Counted from the stretch's first letter, positions 28,801 through 36,551 are shown. The stretch: 64,000 nt of DNA from Verrucomicrobia subdivision 3 bacterium UBA6082 (GCA_002428665.1 DIXK01000061.1:20694-84693), one strand, 5' to 3'. The notes: a model not told the origin generated them from the sequence alone. Numbers and translations: made by a program.

Positions 28801-29086
28801 GGTAAGCAAAGCGTGAATCGTTGCTGGACGGAGTAATTCGGGTCACGGCTGCCGGTGAAAGGTTCAGATTACCGGCCTCACTAAGGAGGCGAACTGGAAG
28901 CGATACGCGAGGTGTCGCCTGCCCCCCAGGGCCGGGAGTGCTGGTCAGGTTGCTGCCGGCGGCAGCCTGGTCCACAGCGGACGAACTTTGCCCAGTCGCC
29001 CACCGATCGCCCAACCGCCAGAAATAGAAGGCTGCGGCAAAGCATACCATGCTTAGCACAAACCAAACAAAAGGTCGCAAACGCAT
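19877..29086 (-). CDS. Giant membrane-anchored S8 (subtilisin-family) serine peptidase with LamG/DUF642-like lectin domains, proprotein-convertase P-domains, PPC domains and two C-terminal 'FYRL' modules
   Basis: The catalytic triad was checked at nucleotide level: Asp in VNDTGVD (28112-28114), His in DTNGHGT (28025-28027), Ser in ESGTSLAAAQVAG (26957-26959). LamG-like blocks (GWQHVAMTFEP...LFANG...FDEFGLYRRAL; AWQHVAAVFEP...LYVNG...LDELTVYGRVL). P-domain-like block (ISDLDVGVLIRHDRISDLALTLISPTGTRILLF). PPC-like blocks (DLDLVLQRY...GRWYLGLHN). ATG at 29086 gives MRLRPFVWFVLSMVCFAAAFYFW; the track start at 29119 is GTG. Confidence 0.85.
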   Translation of the reverse strand: MRLRPFVWFVLSMVCFAAAFYFWRLGDRWATGQSSSAVDQAAAGSNLTSTPGPGGQATPRVSLPVRLLSEAGNLNLSPAAVTRITPSSNDSRFAYRLSNTPEPLSRLARNPTAIILENGLLDTTISGELRIPDHLRAQGEPGAYIVQARGPVDDQFRWALKQAGATVISYIPNNAYLVRASGAAASSLESLDQTRAVLPYEPYYKLRASLLPLAVNQQALPQEATLNLLLFADLMEETVSRVQDLQIAILGEDRSPFGPVLKVRPASASLSGIAALPGVQAIELAGIRVLANDLSRPVLHVAPDAITNGNHFGLTGTNVIVNVNDTGVDASHPALLAPRVTGDSAISLVDTNGHGTFVAGIIAGDGAESQSISNAQGSPLPPVAGQFRGHAPGAKIFSMPFTEPDWYLQEGAALTNALISNNSWQYLRSSEYDLAAASYDAAVRDSLPRVTGSQPVLYVFPSGNSGLLDEWSGAANNDGLGGVPDTIRSPGTAKNVITVGATELKRGITNEVYECDSGNNCQTNAVWKATTDSYTEVAGFSRRGNVGIGIEGEFGRFKPDLVAPGTFVVSTRSSQWDEDAYYNATSRSVDFIPGLVVTTNDMYRTGIYIPDNAVQLIIRATAIRPLGADLPIYINNAFVANNVVTLPPDAPLGPFNDYLDYQIGNNTNQDVTFNLETVLVTTNENGNYFDVLREANDQLGQFYRYESGTSLAAAQVAGTLALMHDFFINNLGRTNSPALMKALLINGARSASDIYDLQVQNAINYQGWGLVNLPNSLPGALSNAITGATSSPVFAFDQSPTNALATGQTETRVLQLSEGARNQPLRATLVWTDPPGNPVAGVKLVNDLDLVVTNLDTGEVFFGNDFQDGNDFVLSWSTNNAPNIDVVNNVENVYLKEPLGTNYSISVIARHVNVNAVTAHPDNVVQDFALVLSSGNGDLTNALSLASTATVTLTVPFVTYMTNGFPDNPGARVTGGLLTGQHVGANTPLIGTNTLPLPGGANLMTGMTNQWHFYTLSNEMSFTNAAFVTFLPPTLAIPRMGVDESDPDNATRLEADIDLYVTTNPGLTNLDPVAISTAMKSQGRGGTEVIALSNAEPGAVYYVGVKSEDQQAAEYSFLGIFSENPFAATDGSGNQTLFGLPVPVVIPEGTTEQPQAAQIIALSIQPITIRRVVVTNTFTHSFPGNLIGTIAHGRTFSVLNNKTCITDAGGDCITNTLDYIYEDNGEGDIAFSRPPDGPGDLKEFIGEEGVGVWLFNMVNNFPASTGRVDRFLVRLEPQNISPGSATERDLLPNSWTYDSIDVPPNATNLIVCVSGNTDPIELYVANGYAPSRDTYDHKLDINPPGNCLSITPYSVPPLAPGRYFIGVFNPSLNVQRIRLTAEVQLNPFMVGTSIPSSLGGVPLLDDAVTYSTIFVTNRLSVSDLDVGVLIRHDRISDLALTLISPTGTRILLFENRGAGSTEGLGSMSTVTNEFGLPVFATTNFARFWTNDFDASPVGLYAPGARFQGWDVLSNFVAVLPDYSLSWRSNQFLSLGYGAISNSLPTTNSTAYRLEYQVTHAPYLVGTVGWWPFEQDANDIFGGWDGLLAGGGDIFSVATNSYAMFDDGYVSRAFFGDGIRTSVKIPAAPELDLGAGRTGFSIEGWVKPKDVSDDPTLIRGAVALDNGFENEVPRFAVLAGSIVSGWSVESGDIDVLALQAPFNTKPHSGTNCIDLNGNTTGAVSIDFNTTPGRDYLLEFAYSRNPGTLNPSFVASAEVSITGQDAWRLSYAASNTYANLNWFTTSRVFTATAPVTKLTLTSLNSGNGGMFLDSFKTTEVFRRVQTPAPIAEWSLASTNSVAEPTQGVQFWLGGTNRTSLVPGALAAVVWTTNGLSYPLLSPTNSITNSGWQHVAMTFEPAAGTVKLFANGQMVASRVLGGDLVPRTYGDLYFGFHPGSVSNLATFSGGFDEFGLYRRALTDCEVGAIFAAGSLGKYGTNVLGCPVAHTLEITTINGTESFTITNGLTWTNGPVWETVSIDFENPLLFATNGPGTNRAGLVVRSVDPNVALENFVLSSLSTNYVNGLMHFTDNTNVARIPIKFASWPFSVSNFPPQQVFANGFEDAPPGDYGAGSTIQGQTNGFGSRNWRVVSGSVTVVSNNVMDMEGTNWLALSLGRIECDLPTVVGRRYQLSYALRGPGAVSWWNGDISPYSGRARDLLGGNEGAFINRATNSVAALVGNQSLYLPGRDTNRVAAKIELADPENLRLTNGFTIETWVYAEPHTNYFGAEQLFFRGDDRGCFDPYYLALERSGIQGQRNLRLHIDDGLNVICGTDLVTADAPIAEDAWQHVAAVFEPFVAIPDAPFITNQLRLYVNGSLVASNYTGMFPFGNLDERYLPGVAIGNRSREDQSEPFTGYLDELTVYGRVLTPTEISAISAAWNAGKADLSAAPSYSLAKTRLLIDNVQMDVGYGNNAAWDTRIVTFTAYQTNTVLSLEGLLPGTMVDSVALTEFPAELSYLPEESLDALIGEDAYGLWTLEIIDTRAGATNNNPELVQWQIDFKLVPGVQPAPATLVHGMVYTNSLTAGGSQNFIVPAPQWASYATNVLVFATNRLNGDGAPLSIFLDTNAFPTVLTPPALIGPASNGVAVLSTNTLPPPFITPGQSYYLAITNPLPVAVTFALGVWFDVTPLTNCQPQTNYVGPAGIPRYFQFDVPTNAVPPGDAPRDVVFWLSGVRTNVTVVFSQSLPLPDLRNYDYLSQANSTNDEIIMLMTNTTPYPLQNYGRWYAGVFNSEATNVPFTVQVCYSTVTNYPAIIPLTNHVPYVASLTNEYVAPPGPPRDFFFEFTISNYVDAVLFELYDTTGDLDLVLQRYQPSGMAPYFRTSLRTGRGPEQIVLRPQYELPDLRGRWYLGLHNRESTNVAYTIRASTPVGDRLESGQPLRMTVSPAIPPSGPVLSWNGIEGELYYVEFSPGLFPPDWRPVTRPIVAPTPYPAIEVTTATGTSGFYRLNHMSHSQIFTAPLTIQYLPGNRVRISWPIEYAGFILQFYYPIGLTGVWQNSPLPVTIEGDEFVVYDDVGSIPKWYRVVP

Positions 29087-29127
29087 AAAAACAACAATTA
29101 TTCTGTCCACCGCGACCACCGGCCTTC

Positions 29128-32100
29128 CTATTCCGGCGGTAATGGATTAAATGACTCCACCACAATCCTGGGGTTGCTGGTAGGATTCTCGACCCTGACC
29201 ACAGCCCGAATCGCGGATTCGGCAGTCACCTGGTAATTTGTCACCATGCCAAAGTAAGGGCCGCCCGCGGTGACAACCGAGTTCGGCGCCGGTTTCAATG
29301 TCTGCCCATACGAATAAACCACGAACCGCGGGCGCTCATCGCAATGCAGTAAACCGAGCACCTGCTGCGGGATCCGTTCGTAGACCGCGTCGTTCATCAG
29401 GTTCGTATTGCCGCTGAGGAATGGTGACCGAACAGTGAGTTCCGGAACCGCCGCTAGATCACCCAGGTGCTTAAACGACCCGTTGAACTTGGTACGACGG
29501 ACTTCATTTATCGCCTGAACCATGGCGGCCACCGGGGTCGGCGAGGTGGGATCGTACGGGCCCGCAGGCGAAATGACCATGTTCGTGCTGCCATCCGGCA
29601 GGACATTGACTCCGGAAAAGACTGCAGACCATGCTGCCAGGTTGGTCTGGTTGATCGACAGGCGTCCGCGAGAGGCCGTGTCGCTGATCGCCGTGGTGAA
29701 TAGATCCACTATCTTGCGATCGTGCATTGGATGGGAGAAGTAGGCATCATTGGTGATCGCCCCATAGGCAAACTGGTTCGTATCAAATTGTCCGGCGCTC
29801 TGTACCAGGTTGGGGTTTCCCGTCCATTTCAGCCAGCGATCCACGGGCACTTCGTCGGATTTCAAGTAAACCGTTTGCCATGGAGTTCCTCGATGAACCC
29901 GGCCAATCCAGCCGATGTTGGGAAACTTGTTTGTAGGGAATTCCCAATCGTCCGAACGAGTGACCAAGGGGTCCTTCGCTCCCATTTCACGGGCGCCAAT
30001 TGTGGGCGTGCTGCTCCCGCCCACTCCGCCTCCCCACGGTTGATAACGGGTGTTGACTCGACCAATATTATCCAAAGGTTGGGCAATGAATTGCACATTG
30101 TTGGTCGTCTGGAGGTCCCGCAGATCGCCAATGGTGTAATGCACGAGCGGATCATTCGCTTGCCACGACGTGTGCACGTAAATCGGCCGGTGAGCGGCGA
30201 ACGGGGCGTAAAAGATATTGGAACGGTAAAACGCCTTGCCAATGTTCTTTGGATACTTCGGACTGTAGCCTTTAAGGTTGTAGCGGAACCCGTCTACCGC
30301 CGACTCTGCATCACGCCCCACACCGGGAGCCAGCGTAAAACTCCGCATGTCTTCCGAGCCGTTTAGGCCCAGGCCCACTTGGTTCAGGATGCCATAAGTG
30401 GGGATATTAAAGGCCAGATTATTTCCACCTGGCCGGTTTGTGCACCACTGACTGCCCGGGTTGGAGTAGGTCGTCGGGCTCACAGTATTACAGTCCGCCT
30501 CTTCGGCCAACTTCGCCATGAGGTCGATGGTTTCCTCATTATAATTCAAGCTGACGTAGTCAAGGATCCGATTATACGACCTATCGACCAGGATAAACCG
30601 AACCCGGGTATTGAGCTTCAGCCACCATCTAGGAGTAGCAAAGCCGGACTGTCTTTCGAAAATATGCGTCTGGGGAATGAGTGTTCGAGAGGACTGATGG
30701 TATGTCGAATTCCTCAAAAAGGCAAAGGTGTTGGTGGAGGGGTGGAAAGGTATCGCAAACGACTGCTGAACTTCGTTGTAGTTGGTCCATCCTTTCCACT
30801 GCGCAGGATTAATTGGTATCCTCTTAGCAGCAGAAACACGGTTGCTTTGCAGGACCATATTCATCTCATTCGTCAAGACGGCGGTCATATCAGCAACAGC
30901 GATGAGTTCCATCGCCCGCGGGAAGGCATTGCTATAGGAATTCCAGGCTTCCATCCCAAACACATTGCTAATGCCAATAACGTACATTTGGTTGGTCTCG
31001 TTGACCTCGGCTCCCAGAGAAGGGCGCCTGAATTCGAGCAAGCGCGCGGCGCTGATATGTGTCTGCATCGAGAATTCGTTAAAATTCGGAAGGCCTTTCT
31101 TGGCACCAACAATCAACGGAACGCCATAAACCATGTCGATATTCCCAACGTTTTGACGATCTAAGTCGTCGTTTAAATCCCTTATGGGTGGCGCGGAATT
31201 CGGGTCCGTAATTGCGTTTGCATAAACGACCTCTTCATAACCCCTAACATAAATCTCCTGCCCGCGCCGCTCGAAGAAAGGTCGGAACACGTGGGGAATC
31301 TTCGGATAGACATTCGGTGGCGTATTGGTTGTGCCATCCAGCAAGTTCGCTGCAAGCTGCATCAACCGATGCACGTTTGGCGTGTAGTTGTTGGTGGGAT
31401 AAATCTGGATATTGTTGACGTCAAAGGCGTATCCGGCACTAGCCAGCAAGCGGTTCGCCGCGTTGGTGAAGAACACCACGGGAATCCAGGGATTGAAATT
31501 TGTCACACTCGGGACCTCTTGGTTGCCAAAAATGTTCAGGTTGTCGTAGTTGAGGTTCATCTTGCCGCCCACTTCGGGCTCGGAATCGGTGCCGAGTTGC
31601 GAGAGCAAACGATAGAAGGTGTAGCGATCGTACGAACTGGTGCCCCGTCCCGCACGCGCAAGACGATCGGAGAAAGTCTCCTCGTTCGCCGCAAGCGCCA
31701 CGTTGGCGGCCAGGCGAGCGCGATCGAAGAAGTCCTGGGTAGTGAACAGACGACCGGGGTTTTCTGCGCCCGACCATGGCCGACTGATGGTGCGGCCAAT
31801 GTCATTGTCGTTGCCAGGCCATGGGCCGATCAGGACTGGCCCAGCACTGTAGCCGTCGATCATGTCCCGATCGAAGGCGTTTCGACCAATGTTACCGAAT
31901 AGGTTGGCCACGCTCGCAAGCTGCCCGATGGAATTCAGGTACGGATCGTAGTAACGATAGCGCAACAGAAAAAGTGCGTCGTCGAAGGCCACTCCGCGAT
32001 TCGGCTGTTGGTATTCCAAGCCGGCAGCGCGCCAATTGTAGACGTAGGGGGCCACGTTGGTGGCCCAGATGTTGGTGTTCAGATCCACGAGGAACGCCGC

Positions 32101-32967
32101 CAGATTGATTTCCCAGGGCCCCACCCCCTGGTTGCGCAGAAAGCCATCCCCGACTGTTCGAGCCATGTTGGCGCTCGGCTGCTTGGCAAAGTTGTGTATC
32201 GCGTTGATGTCCAAAGTCTGTCCGGAGGGCACGACCAGGTAGGCATAACGGTATAGGAATCGGTTGGTCCCGGAATGCCGCCGGTCGGGGAATTCCAAAC
32301 CGCCAACCCATTCCGGATCTCCCACAAAAAAGTTGCTCAGGGTATTGCCGTTAACCATCTGGGACATCAGCAGCCCATTCGTGTCGTAATAGCCACCGAA
32401 AGGATTCATTACCGGCAGAAATCCGTTGGTGTCGTAGCGACCGTTACGGTTCAAGTCCAAGTAATACCGAAATTCCGGGACAAAGACCTGATTACTCAGG
32501 GTCTGAATGTAGACCGGAGGACGCGGGTCGTATTGCAGATTGTTCAAGTTGCGCAAGGCCTCCGTTCCGCCAACGGGATTACCGTTCGGGTAGGTGTAAC
32601 TGACATTGGTAAGCCAGTCGGAGCCCTGGATGAAGCCCTGCTGATTGATGAAGTTGGTGGATACCGCCAAGCCGTAACTGAACGGGGTGTTGAAAGCGCG
32701 CATGGGAGCCAGGAGCCTGGACTTAGCCATCTCCAGACCGGCTTCGGCACCCAACCTTGCGACGGCCTGATCGGTACTCGTGGTTACCGCACCTCGCTCG
32801 CCCTGGCTGAGGACGAGAAAGGCAATAGCCATGAACGTGATAATTGACAGCAGCACCAGGGTGATCACCAGCGCGACGCCATGCGCGGACGGACGGCACG
32901 GCACCCGACGTTCGGCTGCGGGCAAACAGCCTGAGGCTACTGGACCATAATCAAAACGGCATTTCAT
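29128..32967 (-). CDS. 1279-aa GspK-like (minor pseudopilin K / PilX_N-type) protein with very large extra-helical region
   Basis: The N-terminus HGVALVITLVLLSIITFMAIAFLVLSQGERGAV...QAVARLGAEAGLEMAKSRL resembles the uncleaved GxALxxVL helix and following helix of GspK. It occupies the K position after G/H/I/J-type genes, with an ATGA overlap to the upstream gene. The remaining ~1150 aa match no family I recognise. Confidence 0.6.
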   Translation of the reverse strand: MKCRFDYGPVASGCLPAAERRVPCRPSAHGVALVITLVLLSIITFMAIAFLVLSQGERGAVTTSTDQAVARLGAEAGLEMAKSRLLAPMRAFNTPFSYGLAVSTNFINQQGFIQGSDWLTNVSYTYPNGNPVGGTEALRNLNNLQYDPRPPVYIQTLSNQVFVPEFRYYLDLNRNGRYDTNGFLPVMNPFGGYYDTNGLLMSQMVNGNTLSNFFVGDPEWVGGLEFPDRRHSGTNRFLYRYAYLVVPSGQTLDINAIHNFAKQPSANMARTVGDGFLRNQGVGPWEINLAAFLVDLNTNIWATNVAPYVYNWRAAGLEYQQPNRGVAFDDALFLLRYRYYDPYLNSIGQLASVANLFGNIGRNAFDRDMIDGYSAGPVLIGPWPGNDNDIGRTISRPWSGAENPGRLFTTQDFFDRARLAANVALAANEETFSDRLARAGRGTSSYDRYTFYRLLSQLGTDSEPEVGGKMNLNYDNLNIFGNQEVPSVTNFNPWIPVVFFTNAANRLLASAGYAFDVNNIQIYPTNNYTPNVHRLMQLAANLLDGTTNTPPNVYPKIPHVFRPFFERRGQEIYVRGYEEVVYANAITDPNSAPPIRDLNDDLDRQNVGNIDMVYGVPLIVGAKKGLPNFNEFSMQTHISAARLLEFRRPSLGAEVNETNQMYVIGISNVFGMEAWNSYSNAFPRAMELIAVADMTAVLTNEMNMVLQSNRVSAAKRIPINPAQWKGWTNYNEVQQSFAIPFHPSTNTFAFLRNSTYHQSSRTLIPQTHIFERQSGFATPRWWLKLNTRVRFILVDRSYNRILDYVSLNYNEETIDLMAKLAEEADCNTVSPTTYSNPGSQWCTNRPGGNNLAFNIPTYGILNQVGLGLNGSEDMRSFTLAPGVGRDAESAVDGFRYNLKGYSPKYPKNIGKAFYRSNIFYAPFAAHRPIYVHTSWQANDPLVHYTIGDLRDLQTTNNVQFIAQPLDNIGRVNTRYQPWGGGVGGSSTPTIGAREMGAKDPLVTRSDDWEFPTNKFPNIGWIGRVHRGTPWQTVYLKSDEVPVDRWLKWTGNPNLVQSAGQFDTNQFAYGAITNDAYFSHPMHDRKIVDLFTTAISDTASRGRLSINQTNLAAWSAVFSGVNVLPDGSTNMVISPAGPYDPTSPTPVAAMVQAINEVRRTKFNGSFKHLGDLAAVPELTVRSPFLSGNTNLMNDAVYERIPQQVLGLLHCDERPRFVVYSYGQTLKPAPNSVVTAGGPYFGMVTNYQVTAESAIRAVVRVENPTSNPRIVVESFNPLPPE

Positions 32968-33935
32968 CGATAAGCCTTGTAATCAACGTTGCGAACCGGG
33001 ATCCGCTGGCGGAACAAGTGAACCTGGGCGGAACGTTCTTCGAGGAACTGTCGCTGGGCCGCAGGCGTCCCCAGCGCTTTAAAACGTTCATACGTGCGCG
33101 GTTCGAGCATCCCCAACTCCAGTTCCAGATAAGCCGGGACCGCGTTACTGCGGAAATAAATGGCGGTTTGCATCGGGTCAAAAATGCTGTTCCGCAAACC
33201 ATAAGTATGACGAACCGGAGAATACAAACTCCGGGGATCGCTCTGGAACCCGCAGTCCGAGTCGACCCCGTTGCCGAGCACACCAACCAGGAACCCATTG
33301 GTGGCATAGGCCTTGAGACGCAAATGCACCACCCCATCCAGCACCCGATCGACGCCGGGCAGGTTGGTCATGGGAATGCCCTGAATTGAGCGCTGGTAGG
33401 CTATCTGGGAGAAGAACTGGAAATTGCTGCTCAGGACATTACCACCTGGCCGGGACGCGCTGGCCGTAAAGCGGTAAAGGGTCCCCACCCCAGCATCGGG
33501 CGAAGGAGGAAGCACCTGGTAACCCGTGCCGGTCCATTGCCGATTCAGTTCCGACAGCAGAAAGAACCGCTGGACCACATTGGTCCGTCGCGCAGTGGTG
33601 CCCATGCCAGGAAGATTCTGAACCAGCGGCTGGGTGAATCCACCGGAGATTTCCGCAAAGAAGTTCAGGGTGTAGGGAGCATGCGAAGGAGCCATCTGCT
33701 CGATTTCTCGGGCGAGCATTTCCGTAAACGCCCGACCAGCCTCCAGGACATCGGTCTGGGTAATGCTGGACCGAAAGGCCCGCTGGGTCTGGTGGAACAT
33801 GGCCAGGAGGCCCAGGATAATGAAGGAAAGCAAGGCCACCGCCACCAGGATTTCAACCAGGGAGAACGCTGCCGCGCGAGGCGCCGGATTCCGACAGTCG
33901 GCTACGGAAGAATTTGTGGGAAGAGGATTGCTCAC
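32964..33935 (-). CDS. Prepilin-type N-terminal cleavage/methylation protein (pseudopilin, GspJ position)
   Basis: RAAA|FSLVEILVAVALLSFIILGLLAMF with Glu at +5. GTG start overlaps the upstream stop (TAGTG). Confidence 0.7.
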   Translation of the reverse strand: MSNPLPTNSSVADCRNPAPRAAAFSLVEILVAVALLSFIILGLLAMFHQTQRAFRSSITQTDVLEAGRAFTEMLAREIEQMAPSHAPYTLNFFAEISGGFTQPLVQNLPGMGTTARRTNVVQRFFLLSELNRQWTGTGYQVLPPSPDAGVGTLYRFTASASRPGGNVLSSNFQFFSQIAYQRSIQGIPMTNLPGVDRVLDGVVHLRLKAYATNGFLVGVLGNGVDSDCGFQSDPRSLYSPVRHTYGLRNSIFDPMQTAIYFRSNAVPAYLELELGMLEPRTYERFKALGTPAAQRQFLEERSAQVHLFRQRIPVRNVDYKAYR

Positions 33936-34825
33936 TATTGGGCCTTTACATAGTTGCGCGGGTTAAAGGAATACAGCGCAAACGGAATGTTTGTAAATCC
34001 AAACTCATACTGCGGCGCGAGCGAGCCGGTGACGGTAGTGCGAAACACCTGGCGGCCATTGCCGATACCATTGGGCAGCACCGGCCAGCGGAAGGTCAGG
34101 CGTATATCATGCAGGTTTGCCTCGTGCTGTTTCACCAGTTCGCGGAAGTCTTTTCGCCGGCTAATCTCCAACGCGTTGGTGGAGGGGGTGTACAGGCGTT
34201 GGTCCAGGTAATTGGTCCAGGAGGGATCATAATAATCCCAGGAGTAAGGCATTATAGCGGGAAGCATCCGATAGGTCAGTGCCATTTCATGGACTGCGGC
34301 GTTCTTCTGGGGAAATTTCTCGCTCGCAGGACCGCTGATAGAGCGAACGATGGCCACAATGTAGTTGCTACGGAAGCCACGATCAGAAGCGTAGTTTGGA
34401 GATGGCGTTATCCTGGGTGTGCTGAGCAGCCCGAGAATTCGGAAACCATTGGTAAGCGGGAATGGTGGCGTGGTAGAGGAAGCGGTGGGGGTGTACCAAA
34501 CGGATTGAGCCGGGGAAACAGGACCTCGTCGAAATTCGTAGTCCGTCCAGATATTGGTGATCGCGATAACGTAATTGGTCAGGTCATCCAGACCGCGCTC
34601 ACCATTCCGGATAGCGTTCATGAAGATGGTGGCGTCCTGGTTGATGATGGTTTCTTCCCGGTTCTCCTTCTGGACCGACATGCCTGCGGGAAGAATCCCG
34701 ATAATGGCCACCAGGGCGAACCCAATGATCGCGAGACTGATCGCGATTTCTATCATGGTAAAACCCGCGGGGTGCCGAGCTACCCGAGTGACAAAACGAT
34801 GGTCTGGTTCCACGAAAGGTTTCAT
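33935..34825 (-). CDS. Prepilin-type N-terminal cleavage/methylation protein (pseudopilin, GspI position)
   Basis: HPAG|FTMIEIAISLAIIGFALVAIIGILP with Glu at +5. ATGA overlap with the upstream gene. Confidence 0.7.
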   Translation of the reverse strand: MKPFVEPDHRFVTRVARHPAGFTMIEIAISLAIIGFALVAIIGILPAGMSVQKENREETIINQDATIFMNAIRNGERGLDDLTNYVIAITNIWTDYEFRRGPVSPAQSVWYTPTASSTTPPFPLTNGFRILGLLSTPRITPSPNYASDRGFRSNYIVAIVRSISGPASEKFPQKNAAVHEMALTYRMLPAIMPYSWDYYDPSWTNYLDQRLYTPSTNALEISRRKDFRELVKQHEANLHDIRLTFRWPVLPNGIGNGRQVFRTTVTGSLAPQYEFGFTNIPFALYSFNPRNYVKAQ

Positions 34826-35742
34826 CGAATCTCCTGGCGCACGAGGCGAGCCCGACCGGTCAACCAGTCGATGCTCACAATGTTAAAACTGTTGGTGCTG
34901 TTCCCCGAAGGGGATTCAACAAATGATGGCTGGTTTGGTAAGGGTTGTTTGGTGGCTTGATTGCGAGAAAAGCCGACCGAACCCAGCGCCAGCGGAATCA
35001 ATTCATTTTCACCGGTCAACTGGTTGCGGGCATCGACGAGTTGCCCCAGGTGGTTAAACGCGATGTAATAGAGCGGAATGTAGTCGCCAGAGGATGACCC
35101 TGCCGGGACAGTCGTTTCCCGAGGGAAAGGAATATTGTTCGTGGCATTGAAGGCATAGATATCGAAGCGTTCGCCCGTGGCACGGTCAAAAATCGGAGGG
35201 GCGACAAATTGCCGGGGCACGCCAAACTTCTGCAACGAAACAAAAGCCCCTTCCGGCATCGTGCGCCAGGAGGAAAGGTAGCGGGCCGTCCCCTGCCCTG
35301 GCTGATCACCGAGGGACCGGCGAGCTACAAAGTTATAACCCACCAACTGCTTGTCGAACAGGTTGGTGGCAGCGCGATAATCGTCTGCCGTCCAGGTGGC
35401 GCGAAGGGAAGCATACTCCGGCCTCATGAAGTTCGGCGGCACGAACACCATGTAGACCGTGGTGCGCTGGCTGATAGCCATCTGGCGGGCCCGGCCGACA
35501 TCGTTCAAAAACTGGCGCGAAGCAGCCGCAACCGTGTTAGGAGAGAAGCTCTTCAGGTTGGGGAGCGTAATGGCCGCCAGGATCCCGATGATGGCGATGA
35601 CGGTGAGCAACTCGATCAGGGTGAATGCCTGGACCCGGTTGGTACACGCGAACCTACTGCGTGGGGTATGGGACTCGCCAGCCGGTTCCGGATTCAGATG
35701 GGAACCGACGAAGCCCAGCCTGGTGTATAGCGCCGTTTTCAC
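34822..35742 (-). CDS. Prepilin-type N-terminal cleavage/methylation protein (pseudopilin, GspH position)
   Basis: NRVQA|FTLIELLTVIAIIGILAAITLPNL. Only a GTG start (35742) is available, which gives an unusually long ~36-aa leader. Confidence 0.7.
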   Translation of the reverse strand: MKTALYTRLGFVGSHLNPEPAGESHTPRSRFACTNRVQAFTLIELLTVIAIIGILAAITLPNLKSFSPNTVAAASRQFLNDVGRARQMAISQRTTVYMVFVPPNFMRPEYASLRATWTADDYRAATNLFDKQLVGYNFVARRSLGDQPGQGTARYLSSWRTMPEGAFVSLQKFGVPRQFVAPPIFDRATGERFDIYAFNATNNIPFPRETTVPAGSSSGDYIPLYYIAFNHLGQLVDARNQLTGENELIPLALGSVGFSRNQATKQPLPNQPSFVESPSGNSTNSFNIVSIDWLTGRARLVRQEIR

Positions 35743-35744
35743 GA

Positions 35745-36551
35745 TTACTGCTTCCAGAGCAGAATGTTGTCCTTGTTGGCCCCTTTATCCGCCTTCGCCG
35801 TGATGTCGATCATTCCGTCAGGGCCAGCTGACCAAATCATTATCGGGCTGCTCAGCTCGTACAGGTTGGGAACGAACGGGGAACTCGAATTATTCAACCC
35901 GTAAAGACCAACAGATGGCGGGCCACTGGCCGGGCCTGAAACGGCTGACAATCGGTAAACTGCGTCACGTGCTTTATCATCGTTATTCGCGTCGATGGTG
36001 ATGATATAAGGATTGCCCCACGGATCACGGTAAACGCCGTCGGTACCCACACCGGGGGAAGTGTTGTCGCTAGCCAGAGGCGGACTGCTCAAGAAAGCGT
36101 TGCGCTGAGGATTCTTGACATGATCCTTGTTCACGCTAGCTCTACCATTCGGAAAGGTCTCTCGAGCCATCAGGATGGCGATCAACTCGGCATTGTTCGT
36201 TTGGTAGTTCGGGTTCAAGCTCGGACTTACGAGGGGATAAGTACCAGTGGGGGTTTTCAACGGGCTGATGCCGTACGTTCCAAACGTAAAGTCCTCCTTT
36301 GTGGTGGCCACGGCCTTCATGACCTCGGAGGGCACGGGGTAGCGGCTATAGGCCGATTCGTAGCCTTTGATGGCGTTGAGTATGTCGCCCATCTGGATTT
36401 TCGCGCGGTTAACCTGTGCCTGAAGCTTCGCCCGGCCGAGGGCCGGGAGTAGCATGGCGGCAAGGATCGCGATGATAGAAATGACGACCAGCAGCTCAAT
36501 CAGGGTGAAAGCAGGACGCCCACGACGGCTGGAAGCAGGTTTGGTTTTCAT
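35745..36551 (-). CDS. GspG-like (major-type) pseudopilin
   Basis: MKTKPASSRRGRPA|FTLIELLVVISIIAILAAMLLPALGRAK, plus a GspG-like C-terminal pattern (YRDPWGNPYIITID...WSAGPDGMID). ATG at 36551 gives a 14-aa basic leader; the track ORF extends to 36836. Confidence 0.75.
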   Translation of the reverse strand: MKTKPASSRRGRPAFTLIELLVVISIIAILAAMLLPALGRAKLQAQVNRAKIQMGDILNAIKGYESAYSRYPVPSEVMKAVATTKEDFTFGTYGISPLKTPTGTYPLVSPSLNPNYQTNNAELIAILMARETFPNGRASVNKDHVKNPQRNAFLSSPPLASDNTSPGVGTDGVYRDPWGNPYIITIDANNDDKARDAVYRLSAVSGPASGPPSVGLYGLNNSSSPFVPNLYELSSPIMIWSAGPDGMIDITAKADKGANKDNILLWKQ

